Assembly (NCBI RefSeq): GCF_009914755.1
Contig: NC_060939.1
DNA length: 64,000 bases
Strand: one strand, 5' to 3'
Origin: the human T2T-CHM13v2.0 reference genome, Homo sapiens
Below are positions 40,901 to 58,224 of this stretch, piece after piece. The stretch's first letter is position 1; each line of letters opens with the position of its first letter. The notes beneath the pieces are model-generated. The model was not told where the DNA came from. It worked only from the letters and a program-made list of their open reading frames with translations, and did not search any database. The position numbers and the translations under genes were made by a program.

Positions 40901-43900
40901 ATTCCCAGAATGCTTCTGTCTAGTTTATATGTGAACATATTTCCTTTTCCACTATAGGAGGCAAAGCGTTCCAAATATCCAATTGTGGATTCCACAAAAA
41001 GTGTTTCAAAACTGCTCAATGAAAAGAAATGTTGAATTCTGTGAGATAAACGCACACATCATAAAGGAGTTTCTAAGAATGCTTCTGTCTGGTTTTTATG
41101 TGAAGATATTTCCTTTTCCACCATAGGCCCCAAAGCTCTCCAAATATCCACTTGCAGATTCTACAAAAAGCGGGATTCAAAACTGCTCAATCAAAAGAAA
41201 GTTTCAACTCTGTGAGTTGAAGGCACACATAACAAAGCCGTTTCTCAGAATGCTTCTCCATAGTTTTTATATGAAGATATTTCCATTTCCATCATTCTCT
41301 TCAAAGCGCTCCAAATATCCACTTGCAGATTCTATAAAAAGAGTGTTTCAAGACTGCTGAATGAAAAGAAAGTTTCAACTCTGTGAGATGAATGGACACA
41401 TCATAAAGACATTTCTCAGAATGCTTCTGTCTAGTGTTTATGTGAAGATATTTCCTTTTCCACCACACGCCTCAAAGCGCTCTAAATATGCACTTGCAGA
41501 TTCTACGAAGAGTGTTTCAAAACTGCTCAATCAAAAGAAAGGTTCAACTACTGTGAGATGTATGCACACATCACAAAGAAGTTTCTCAGAATGCTTCTGT
41601 CTAGTTGTTACGTGAAGATATTTGCTTTTCCACCACAGGCCGCAAAGCACACCAAATATCCACTTGCAGATTTAAAAAAAAATAGTGTTTCAAAACTGCT
41701 CAATCAAAGGAAAAGTTAAACTCTGTGAGTTGAATGAACACATCACAAAGAAGTTTCCCAGAACGAGTCTGTGTAGCTTTTATGCAAAGTTATTTCCTTT
41801 TCCACAATACTCCACAAAGTCCTCCGAGTATCTACTTGCAGATTCTAAAAAAAGAGAGTTTCAAAACTGCACAATCAAAAGAATGATTCAACTCTGTGAT
41901 TAGAATGCACATATCACAAAGTCTTTTCTCAGAATGCTTTTCCATAGTTTTTATATGAAGATATTTTCATTTCCACCATTCTCTCCAAAGCGTTCCAAAT
42001 ATCCACTTGCAGATTCTACAAAAAGAGCGTTTCAAAATTGATCAATCGAATTAAAGCTTCATCTCTTTGACATGAATGCACACAACAAAAAGAAGTTTCT
42101 CAGAATGCTTCTGTGTAGTTTTTATGTGAAGGTATTTCCTTTTACACCATAGGCCACAAAGGGCTCCAAATATTAACTTGCAGATTCTACATAAAGAGAG
42201 TTTCAAAACTCCTCTATCAAAAGATAGGTACAACTCTGAGTTCAATGCACACATCTCAATGAAGTTCCTCAGAATGCTTCTGTTTAGTTTTTATGTGAAG
42301 ATATTTCCATTTCTATAATAGGCCTCAAAGCGCTCCAAGTATCCACTTGTATATTTTACTAAAAGAGTGTTCCCAAACTGCTCAATCAAAAGAAAGTTAC
42401 AACTCTGGGAGATGAATGCACATATTACACAGAAGTTTCTCAGAATGCTTCTGTGTAGTTTTTATGTGAAGATATATCCTTTTCCACAATGGGCCTCAAA
42501 GAGCTCTGTGACATGAATGCACACGTAAAAAAACATTTCTCAGAATGCTTCTGTGTAGTTTTTATGTGAAGATATGTCCTTTTCCACCATAGGCCACAAA
42601 GGGCTCCAAATATCCACTTGCAGATTCTACAAAAAGAGAGTTTCAAAATTGCTCTATCAAAAGATAGGTTCAACTCTGTTAGCTGAATGCACTCATCACA
42701 AACAAGTTTCTTGGAATGCTTCTGTGTAGTTTTTATGTGAGGATATTTCCTTTTCCACAATAGGCCTCTAAGCACTACAAATATCCACTTGAAGATTCTT
42801 CAAATAGTGGTTTTCAAAACTGCTCAATGAAAAGAAATGTTCACCACAGTGTGTTGAACGAACATTTCACAAAGAAGTTTTTCAGAATACTTCTGTGTAG
42901 CTTTATGTGAAGATATTTCCTTTTCCACCATAGGCCTCAATGCCCTCCAAATATCTAGTTGCAGATTCTACAAAAAGTGTGTTTCAAAATTGCTCAATCA
43001 AAAGAAAGTTGAACTATGTGAGATGAATGCACACCTTGCAAAGAAGTTTCTCAGAATGCATCTGTGTTGTTTTTATGTAAAGATATTTTCTTTTCCACAG
43101 TAGGTCTCAAGGGGCTCCAAATATCCACTTGCAGATTCTACAAAAAGACTGTTTCAAAAGTGCTCAGTGAAAAGAAAGGTTTAACTCTCTGAGATGAATC
43201 CACACATGACAATGAAGTTTCTCAGAATGCTTCTGTGTAGTTTTTATGTGAAGTTATTTCCTTTTCCACCAGAGGCCACAAAGAGTTCCAAATATCCACT
43301 TGCAGATTATACAAAAAGAGAATTTGAAAACTGTGCAATCAGAAGATAGGTTCAAATCTGTGATTTGAATGCACACATCAGAAAGAAGTTTCTCAGAATG
43401 CTTCTGTGTAGATTTTATGTGAAGATATATCCTTTTCCACCATAGGCCTCAATGCACTCAAAATATCCACTTAGAGATACTACAAAAACAGTGTTTGAAA
43501 ACTGCTCAATCAAAAGAAAAGTTCAACTCTGTGAGATGAACGCACACATCACAAAGAAATTTGTCAGAATGTTTCTGTGTTGTTTTCATGTGAAGATATT
43601 TCCTTTTCCACAATAGGCCTCAAAGTGCTCCAAATATCCACTTGCAGATTCTACAAAAATAGTGTTTCAAAACAGCTCAATCAAAAGAAATGTTGAACTC
43701 TGTGAGATGAATGCACACATCACCAAGAAGTTTTTTCAGAATGCTTCTGTGAAGTTTTTATATGAAGATATTTCTTTTTCCACCACAGGCAGCAAGGGGC
43801 TCTAAATATCCACTTGCAGATTCTACAAAAAGAGATTTTCAAAGCTCCTCGATAAAAAGATAAGTTCAACTCTGTGAGTAGAATGCTCACATCACAAAGA

Positions 43901-46900
43901 AGTTTCTTTGAATGCTTCTGTGTAGTTTTTATGTGAAGACATTTCCTTTTACACCATAGGCCTCAAAGCGCTCCAAATATACACCTGCAGATTCCAAAAA
44001 AAGAGAGTTTCAAAACTGCTTACCAAAAGATAGGTTCAACTCCGTGAGTTGAATGCACACATCACAAATAAGTTTCTCAGAATCCTTCTGTGTATTTTTT
44101 ATGGGAAGATATTTCCTCTTCCTCAATATGCCTCCTAACACTGCAAATATCCACTTCCAGATCACACTAAAAGAGTATTTCCAAACTGCATAGTCAAAAG
44201 AAAGGTGAAATGAATGCACACATCGCAAAAAGTATCTCAGACTCCTTCTGTGTAGTTTATATGTGAAGATATTTTCTTTTTTACAATAGGCCTCAAAGCT
44301 CTCCAAAGATCCACTTGCAGATTCTACAAAAGAGTGTTTCAAAACTGCTCAATCAAAATAAAAGTTCAACCCTGTCAGATGAATGCACACATCACAAGGT
44401 AGTTTGTCAGAATGCTTCTGTGTAGTTTTTATGTGAAGATATTTCCTTTTCCACCTTAGGCCGCAAAAGGCTCCACATATCCAATTGCAGTTTCTACAAA
44501 AAGAATGTTTCCAAACTGGTCAATCAAAAGAAAGGTTCAACTCTGTGAGTTGAATGCACACATCACAAAGAAGTTTCTCAGAATGTTTCTGTGTAGTTTT
44601 TTTGTGAAGATATTTCCTTTTCCACAATAGGCCTCAAAGCGCTCCAAATATCCACTTGCAGATTCTTCAAAAATAGTGTTTCAAAACTGCTTAATGAAAA
44701 GAAAAGTTCAACTCTGTGAGAAGAACGCACACATCCCAAAGAAGTTTCTCAGAATTCTTCTGTGTAGTTTTTATGTGTTGGTATTTCATTTTACAACATA
44801 GGCCACAAAGGGCTTGAAATATTCTCTTGCAGATTCTACAAAAAGAGAGACCCAAAACTTCTCAATTAAAAGATATTTTCAACCTTTTGAAAAGAATGCA
44901 CACATCACAAAGAAGTTTCTCAGAATGATTCTGTGTAGTTTTTTAATGAAGATATTTCCTTTTCCACCATAGGATGCAAACGGCTTCAAATACCCACTTC
45001 CAGATTCTACGACAAGAGAGTTTCAAAACTGCTAAATGAAAACATAGGTTTAACTCTGTCAGTTGAATGCACACATCACAAAGAAGTTTCTCATAATTCT
45101 TCTGTGAAGTTTTTATGTGAAGATATTTCCATTTCCACAATAGACCTCAAATCTTTCCAAATATCTACTTGCTGATTCTACAAAAAGAGGGTTTCAAAAC
45201 TGCACAATCATAAGAAATGTTCAACTCTGTGAGATGGGTGCACACAACACAAAGAAGTTTCTCAGAATGCTTCTGTGTAGTTTTTACGTGAAGATAATTC
45301 CTTTTCCACTGGAGGCCTCAAATCTCTCTAAATATCCACTTGAAGATTCTACAAAAAGTGTTTTTCGAAACTGCTCAATCAAAAGAAATGTTCAACTCTT
45401 TGCGATGAATGCACACATCACAAAGAAGTTTCTCAGAATGCTTCTGTGCAGTTTTTATGTGAACATATTTCCTTTTCCACCGTAGGCCACAATCGGCTCC
45501 ACATACCCACTTCCAGATTCTACAAAAAGAGAGTTTCAAAACTGCTCAATCAAAAGATCAGTTCAATTCTGTGAGTTGAATGCAGACATCACAAAGAAGT
45601 TTCTCAGAATGCCTCTGTGTAGTTTTTATGTGAAGATATTTCCTTTTCTACAATAGGCCTCAATGCGCTCCAAATATCCACTTGCATATTCTACAAAAGG
45701 AGGTTTCAAAACTACTCAAACAAAAGAAAGGTTCAACTCTGTGAGATGAATGCAAACATCACAGAGAAGTTTCTCAGAATGCTTCTGTGTAGTTTTTATG
45801 TGAAGGTATTTCCTGTTTCACCATATGCCGCAAAGGGCTCCAAATATCCACTTGCATATTCTACAAATGGAGTGTTTCAAAACTTCTCAATCAAAACAAA
45901 AGTTCAACTCTGTGAGATGAATGCACACATCACAAAGAAGTTTCTCATAATGTTTCTGTGTAGTTTCTATCTGAAGATATTTCCTTTTCCCATATATGCC
46001 ACAAAGGGCTCCAAATATCCAGTTGCAGATTCTACAAAAACAGTGTTTCAAAACTGCACAATCAAAAGAAATATTCATCTCTGTGAGATGAATGCACACA
46101 TCACAAAGAAGTTTCTCAGAATGCTTCTGTGAAGTATTTTTTTTTGTGAAGATATTCCCTTTTCTACAATAGGGTTGAAATCGTCCAAGTTTCCACTTGC
46201 AGATTCTACAAAGAGAGTGTTTCAAAACTGCTCAATCATAAGATAGGTTCCAATCTATGAGATGAATGCACACATCACAAAGAAGTTTCTCAGAATGCTT
46301 CTATGTAGTATTTATTTCAGGATATTTCCTTTTCCTCCATAGGCTGCAAAGGGCTTCAAATATCCACTTGCAGATTCTACAAAAAGTGTGTTTCAAAAGT
46401 TCTCAATCAAAAGAAACTTTCAACTCTGTGGGATGAATGCACACATCACAGAGATATTTCTCAGAATGCTTCTGTGTGGTTTTTACGTGAAGATATTGGC
46501 TTTTCCACAGTAGGCCTCAAAGCATTCCAAATATCCACTTGCAGATTCTATAAAAACAGTGTTTCAAAACTGCTCAATCAAAAGAAACGTACAACTCTGT
46601 TAGATGAATACGCACATCACAAAGTAGTTTCTCAGAATAATTCTTTGTAGGTTTTATGTGAAGATATTTCCTTTTATGCAATAGGCCACAAAGCGCTCCA
46701 AATATCCACCTGAAGATTCTGCAAAGAGAGTGTTTCAAAGCTGCTCAGTCACGAGATAGGTTCATCTCTGTGAGATGAATGCACACATCACAAAGAAGTT
46801 TCTCAGAATGCTTCTGTGTAGTTTTTATTTGAAGATATTTCCTTTGCCTCCATGGACCACAAAGGACTCTGAATATCCACTTGCAAATCCTACAAAAAGA

Positions 46901-49900
46901 GAAATCCATAACTGCTCAATCGAAATATAGGTTCAAGTCTGTGAGTTGAATGAACACATCACAAAGAAGTTTCTCAGAATGTTTCTGTGTAGTTTTTATG
47001 TGAAGATATTTCCTTTTCCAAAATAGGCCTCAAAGTCCACCAAATATCCACTGCAGATTCTACAAAAACAGTATTTAAAAACTGCTCAATCAAAAGACAG
47101 ATTAGACTCTGTGAGTTTAATGCACACATCACAAATAACTTTCTCAGAATGCTTTTGTGTAGTTTTTATGTGAACATACTTCCTTTTCCACAATATGCCT
47201 CAAATCGTTCCAAGGATCCACTTGTAGATTCTACAAAGAGAGTGTTTGAAAACTGCTAAACCATAACATAGATTCAACTCTGTGAGATGAATGCACACAT
47301 AAAAAGTAGTTTCTCAGAATGATTCTGTGTAGGTTTTATGTGAAGATATTTCCTTTTCCACTATAGGCCTCAAAATGCTCAAAATATCCACTTGCAGATA
47401 CTACAGAAAGAGTGTTTCAAAACTACTCAATCAAAATAATGTTTCAACTGTGTGAGATGAATGCACACATCACAAAATTTTCTCAGAATGCTTCTGTGTA
47501 GTTTTTATGTGAAGATAACTGCTTTTACAGAGTAGACCTCAAATCTCTCCAAATATCCACTTGCAGATTCTACAAATCTGTGTTTCAAAACTTCTTAATG
47601 AAAAGAAAGGTTCAACTATGTGAGATGAGTGCACACATCAAAAATAAGTTTCTCAGAATGCTTCTGTGTAGTTTTTATATGAAGATATTGCCTTTTCCAC
47701 AATAGGATTCAGTGCACACCAAATATCCACTTGCAGAATCTACAAAAGGAGTGTTTCAAAACTCCTCCATCAAAAAAAGGTTCAACTCTGTGAGATGAAT
47801 GCACACATCACAAAGAAGTTTCTCAGAATGCTTCTGTGTAGTTTTTATGTGAAGATATTTCCTTTTCCACTATAGTCCTCAAAGTGTTCAAAATATCCAC
47901 TTGCAGATTCTACAGAGAGTTTCAAAACTGCTCAATCAAAAGAAAGGTTCAACTCTGTGAGATGAATGCACACATCACAAAGATGTTACTCAGAATGCCT
48001 CTACATAGTTTTTGTGTGAACATATTTACTTTTCCACAATAGGCATCAAAGTGCTCAAAATATCCTCTTGCAGATTTTACAAAAACCGTGTTTCAAAACT
48101 GCTCTACCAAAAGAAAGGTTCAACTCTGTGAGATGAATGCACACATCACAAAGAAGATTCTCAGAATGCTTCTGTGCACTTTTTATGTGAAGATATTTCT
48201 TTTCCACAACAGGCCTCAAAGCGCTTCAAATATCAACTGGAAGATTATACAAAGAGAGTGTTTCTAAACTGCTCAATCATAAGATAGGTTCATCTCTGTT
48301 CGGTGAATTTACACATCAAATGAAGTTACTCAGAATGCCTCTTTATAGTTTTTATGTGAACATATTTTCTTGTCCACAATAGGCCTCAAAGAGCTCAAAA
48401 TATCCTCTTGCAGATTTTTCAAAAACAGTGTTTCAAAACTGCTCTACCGAAAGAAAGGTTCAACACTGTGAGATGAATGCACACATCACAAAGAAGATTC
48501 TCAGAATGCCTCCGTGTAGTTTTTATTTCAAGATATTTCCTTTTCCTCCATAGGCTGAAAAGGGCTCCAAATATCTACTTGCAGATTATACAAAAAGAGA
48601 GATTCAAAACTACTGAATCAAAAATAGGTTTACCTCTGTGTTATGAATGCACTCATCACAATGAAGTTTCTCAGAATGATTCTGTGTAGTTTTTATATGA
48701 AGATAGTTCATTTTATTCAATAGACCTCAAAGCACTCCAAATATCCACTTGCATTTTCTACAAAAAGAGTGTCTCAAAACTGCTCAATGATAAGATAGGT
48801 TCAACTCTGTGACAAGAATGCACACATCACAAAGAATTTTCTCAGAATCCTTCTGTGTAGTTTTTATGTGTAGATATTTACTTTTACACCGTAGACTTCA
48901 AAACGCTCCAAATATCCACTTGCAGATTCTACAAAAAGAGTGATCCCAAACTGATCAAACAAAAGAAATGTTCAACTCTGTCAGATGAATGCACACATCG
49001 CAAAGAACTTCCTCAGAATGCTTCTGTGTAATTTTTCTGTGAAGATATTTCCTTTTCCACAATAGGCCTCAAAGCGCTCCAAATATCCACTTGCAGACTC
49101 TACAAAAAGAATGTGAAAACTGCTCAATCAACAGAAAGGTTCAACTCTGTGAGATGAATGCATACATGACAAAGAAGTTTCTCAGAATGTTTCTGTGTAG
49201 TTTTTTTGTGATGATATTTCCTTTTCCACAATAGGCACCAAAGCTCTCCAGATATCCACTTTCAGATTCTACAAACAGAGGGTTTCAAAACTGCTCAATC
49301 AAAAGATAGGTTCAAGTGTGTGAGATGAATGCACACAACAACAAGAAGTTTCTCAGAATATTTCTCTGTAGTTTTCATGTGAAGATATCTCCTTTTCCAC
49401 CATTGGCTGCAAAGGGCTCCAAATTTCCACTTGCAGATTCTACAAAAAGAGAGATTCAAAACTGATCAATCAAAGGTAGCTTCAACTCTGTGAGTTTAAT
49501 GCACACATCACAGAAAAGTTTCTCAGAATGCTTCTGTGTAGTTTTTATGTAAAGATGTTTCCTTTTGCACCATATGCCACAAAGGCCTCAAAATACCCAT
49601 TCCAGATTCTTCAAAAAGAGAGTTGCAAAACAGCCCAATCAAAAGATAGGTTCAACTCCGTGAGATGAATGCACACATCACAAAAACTTTCTCAGAATGC
49701 TTCTGTGCAGTTTTTATATGATGATATTTCTTTTTCCACCACAGGCCGCACAGGGCTCCAAATATACACTTGCAGATTCCACAGAGAGACTCAAAACTGC
49801 TCAATCAAAAGATAGATTCAACCCTGTGAGTTGAATGCACAGATCACAGAGAAATTTCTCAGAATGCTTCTGTGTAGTTTTTATGTAAAGATATTTCCTT

Positions 49901-52900
49901 TTCCACTGGAGGGCTCAAAGCGCTACAAATATCAACTTGCACATTCTGCAAAAAGAGTGTTTCCAAACTGCTCAATCAAAAGAAACGTTCAACACTCTGA
50001 GATGAATGCACACATCACAAAGAAGTTTCTCAAAATTCTTCTGTGTAGTTTTTATGTGAAGATATTTCCTTTTCCTTATTAGGCCGCAAAGGGCTCCCAA
50101 TATCTACTTGCAGATTATTGAAAAATAATCTCAATCAAAAAATAGGTTCAATTCTGTGAGTAGAATGAATACATCACAGAGAAGTTTCTCAGAATGCTTC
50201 TGTGTACTTTTTATGAGAAGATATTTCCTTTTCTACCATAGGCCACAAAATGCTCCAAATATACCCTGGCGGATTACAGAAAAAGAGAGTTTCAAACTGC
50301 TCAATCAAAAGAAAGGTGCAAATCTGTGAGATGAATGCTCACATTACAAAGAAGTTTGTCACAATAGTTTTGTGTAGTTTTTATGTGAAGGTATTTCCTT
50401 TTCCACCATAGTCCTCAAAGTGCTCCAAATATTAAATTGCAAATTCTACAAAAAGAGTGTTTCCAAACTGCTCAAACTAAAGAAAGGTTCAACTCTGTCA
50501 GATGAATGCACACATCGCATAGAAGTTTCTCAGAATGTTTCTGTATAGTTTTTATGTGAAGATATTTCATTTTCCACAATAGGCCTTAAAGCGCTCCAAA
50601 TATCCAACTGCAGATTCTACAAAAAAAGTGTCACAAAACTGCTGAATCAACAGAAAATTTCAAATCTGTGAGATGAATGCACATGTCACAAAGAAATTTC
50701 TCAGAATGTTTCTGTGTAGTTTTAAAGTGAAGATTTTTCCTTTTACACCAGAGGCCGCAAATGGCTCCAAATATCCACTTGCAGGTTCTACAAAAAGAGT
50801 TTCAAAACTTCTTAATCAAACGATAGGTTCAACTCTGGGAGGTGAATCCACACGTCACAAAGAAGTTTCTCAGAATACCTCTGTGTATTTTTCATGTGAT
50901 GACACTTTCTTTACCACCATAGGACTCAAAACCCTCCAAATGTCCACGTACAGATTCTACAAAAGGAGTGTTTCCAAACTGCACAATCAAAAGAAAAGTT
51001 AAACTCTGTGAGATAAATGCACACATCACAAAGAAGTTTCTCAGGATGCTTCTGTGTAGTTTTTATGTGAGGATATTTCCTTTTACACCATAGGCTGCAA
51101 AGGGTTCCCAATATCCTCTTGCAGATTCTACAAAAAGAGAGTTTCAAAACTGCTGTATCAAAAGATAGGTTCAACTATGTGACTTGAATACAAACATAAC
51201 AAAGAAGTTTCTCAGAATGCTTCTGTGAAGTTTTTACGTGAAGATATTTCCTTTTCCATCATAGGCCACATAGCGCTCCAAATATCCATTTGCGGATTCT
51301 AGAAAAACAGTGTTTCCAAGCTGCACAATCAAAAGAAATGTTCAACTCCTTGAGATTAATGCACACATCACAAAGAAGTTTCTCAGAATGCTTCTGAGTA
51401 GTTTTTATGTGACGATATTTTCTTTTCCACAATAGGCCTCAAAGAACTCCAAATATCCACTTGCAGATTCTACAAAACAGAGTTTCAAAACTAGTCAATC
51501 AAAAGATAGGTTTAGCTGTGTGAGTTGAATGCACACATCACAAAGAAGTTTCTCAGAATGCTTTTGTGTAGTTTTTATGTAAAGATATTTTCTTTTCCGC
51601 CATAGGCCTCAAATCCCTCCAAATAGTCACTTGCAGATTCCATAAAAAGAGTGTTTCTAAACTGTCCAAACAAAAGAAAGGTTGAAGTCAGTCAGATGAA
51701 TTCACAAATCGCAAAGAAGTTTCTCAGAATGATTCTGAGTAGTTTTTACGTGAAGATATTAACTTTTCCACAGTAGGCCTCAAAGCCCTCCAAATATCCA
51801 CATGATCATTCTACACAAAGGGTATTTCATAACTGCTTAATCAAAAGAAAGTTTCTACTCTGTGAGATGAATGTACACATCACAAAGAAGTTTCTCAGAA
51901 TGCTTCTGTGTAGTTTTTATCTGAAGATATTTCCTTTTCCACCATAGGCCATAAAGGGCTCAAAATATCCACTTGCAGATTGCACAAAAAGACAATTTCA
52001 AAGCTGCTCAATCCAAAGATATGTTCAAATCTGTGAGTTGAATGCACACATCACAAATAAGTTACTCAGAATCCTTCTTTGTAGTTTTTATGTGAAGATA
52101 TTTCCTTTTCCACCGTAGGCCTCAAAACCCTCCAAATATCCACTTTCACATTCCACAAAAAGAGCGTTTCAAAACTGCTCAATCAAAAGAAAAATTCAAC
52201 TCTGTGAGATGAATGCACACATCACAAAGCAGTTTTTCAGAATGCTCCTGTGTAGTGTTTATCTGAAGATATTTCCTTTTCCACCATAAGCCTCAAAGGG
52301 CTCCAAATATTCACTTGCAGATTCTACAAAAAGGGTGTTTCCAAACTGCTCAAAGAAAGTTTCAACTCTGTCAGATGAATGCACACATCGCAAAGAAGCT
52401 TCTCAGAATGCTTCTGTGTAATTTTTATGTGAAGATATTTCCTTTTCCACAATAGTCCCCAAAGCGTTCCAAATATCCACTTGCAGATTCTACAAAAAAA
52501 AGTTTCCAAACTGCTCAATCAAAAGAAATGTTCAAGTCTGTGAGATGAATGCACCCTTCACAGAGAAGTTTCTCAGAATGCTTCTGTGTAGTTTTTTTGT
52601 GAAGATATTTCCTTTTACACCATAGGTCCAAAGGGCTCCATATATCCACTTGCAGATTCTACGAAAAGACAGTTTCAAAATTGCTCTCTAAAAAGACAGG
52701 TTCAACTCTGTGAGTTGAATACACAATAACAAAAATGTTTCACAGAATGCTTCTGTGAAGTTTTTATGTGACGATATTTCGTTTTCCAAAATAGGCCACA
52801 TAACACTCCAAGTATCCACTTGCAGATTCCACAAAAACAGTGTTTCAAGCTGCACAATCAAAAGAAATATTCAACTCTGTGAGATGAATGCACACATCAC

Positions 52901-53106
52901 CAAGAAATTTCTCAGAACCCTTCTGTGTAGATTTTATGTGAAGATGTTTCCTTTTGTACTATAGGCCTCAAAGGGCTCCATATATCTACTTCCAGATTCT
53001 ACAAAAATATATTTTCAAAACTGTTCAATCAAAAGATATGTTCAACTCTGAGAGTTGCATGCATTCATCGCAAAGAAGTTTCTCAGAGTACTGCGGTGTA
53101 GTTTTT
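34979..53106 (-). repeat. Diverged alpha-satellite array, reverse orientation (~106 monomers)
   Basis: Continuous ~171-bp periodicity. Variant switches from ctgtctag to ctgtgtag at about 41.7-42.1 kb. Confidence 0.98.
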
Positions 53107-53329
53107 TTTTAATTTATTTTATTTTATTATTATTATACTTTAAGTTTTAGGGTACACGTGCACATTGTGCAGGTTAGTTACATATGTGTACATGTGCCAT
53201 ATTGGTGTGCTGCACACATTAACTCGTCATTTAGCATTAGGTATATCTCCTAATGCTATCCGTCCCCCCTCCCCCCACCCCACATCAGAGTGTGATGTTC
53301 CCCTTCCTGTGTCCATGTGTTCCCATCGC

Positions 53330-57148
<3,819 letters not shown>

Positions 57149-57211
57149 TATGATGTTTGCTGGTTATTTTGCTCGTTAGTTGATGCAGTTTCTTACTAGC
57201 CACAGTGGACT

Positions 57212-58224
57212 TTACAATTTGGCATGATTTTGCAGTGGCTGGTACTGGTTGTTTCTTTCGATGTTTAGTGCTTCCTTCAGGAGCTCTTTTATGGCAGGCC
57301 TGGTGGTGACAAAATCTCTCAGCATTTGATTGTCTGTAAAGTATTTTATTTCTCCTTCACTTATGAAGCTTAGTTTGGCTGGATATGAAATTCTGGTTTG
57401 AAAATTCTTTTCTTTCAAAATGTTGAATATTGGCCCACACTCTCTTCCGGCTTGTAGAGTTTCTGCCAAGAGATCTGCTGTTAGTCTGATGGGCTTCCCT
57501 TTGAGGGTAACTCCACCTTTCTCTCTGGCTGCCCTTAACATTTTTTCCTTCATTTCAACTTTGGTGAATCTGACAATTATGTGTCTTGGAGTTGCTCTTC
57601 TCGAGGAGTATCTTTGTGGCATTCTGTGTATTTTCTGAATCTGAATGTTGGCCTGCCTTGCTAGATTGGGGAAGTTCTCCTGGATAATATCCTGCAGAGT
57701 GTTTTCCAACTTGGTTCCATTCTCCGCATCACTTTCAGGTACACCAATCAGACATAGATATGGTCTTTTTACATAGTCCCATATTTCTTGGAGTCTTTCT
57801 TCATTTCTTTTTATTTTTTCTCTAAACTTCCCTTCTCACTTTATTTCATTCATTTCATCTTCCATCACTGATACATTTTCTTCCAGTTGATCGCATCAGC
57901 TCCTGAGGCTTCTGCATTCTTCACGTAGTTCTGGAGCCTTGGCTTTCAGCTCCATCAGCTCCTTTAAGCACTTCTCTATGTTGGTTATTCTAGCTATACA
58001 TTCGTGTAAATTTTTAAAAAGTTTTTAACTTCTTTACCTTTGGTTTGAATTTCCTCCTATAACTCGGAGTAATTTGATCGTCTGAAGCCTTCTTCTCTCA
58101 GCTAGTCAAAGTCATTCTCCATCCAGCTTTGTTCCATTGCTTGTGAGGAACTGCATTCCTTTGGATGAGGAGAGGCACTCTGCTTTTTAGGGTTCCTAGT
58201 TTTTCTGTTCTGTTTTTTCCCCAT
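57212..58224 (-). pseudogene. ORF1: L1 ORF1 (RNA-binding chaperone), disrupted
   Basis: Begins ATG GGG AAA AAA CAG AAC at 58224. In-frame TAG at codon 41 (58104-58102). The 1013-bp span is not a multiple of 3. The C-terminal part is ORF 57212..57709 (ENFPNLARQ...YPAKLSF...HAKL). Confidence 0.96.
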
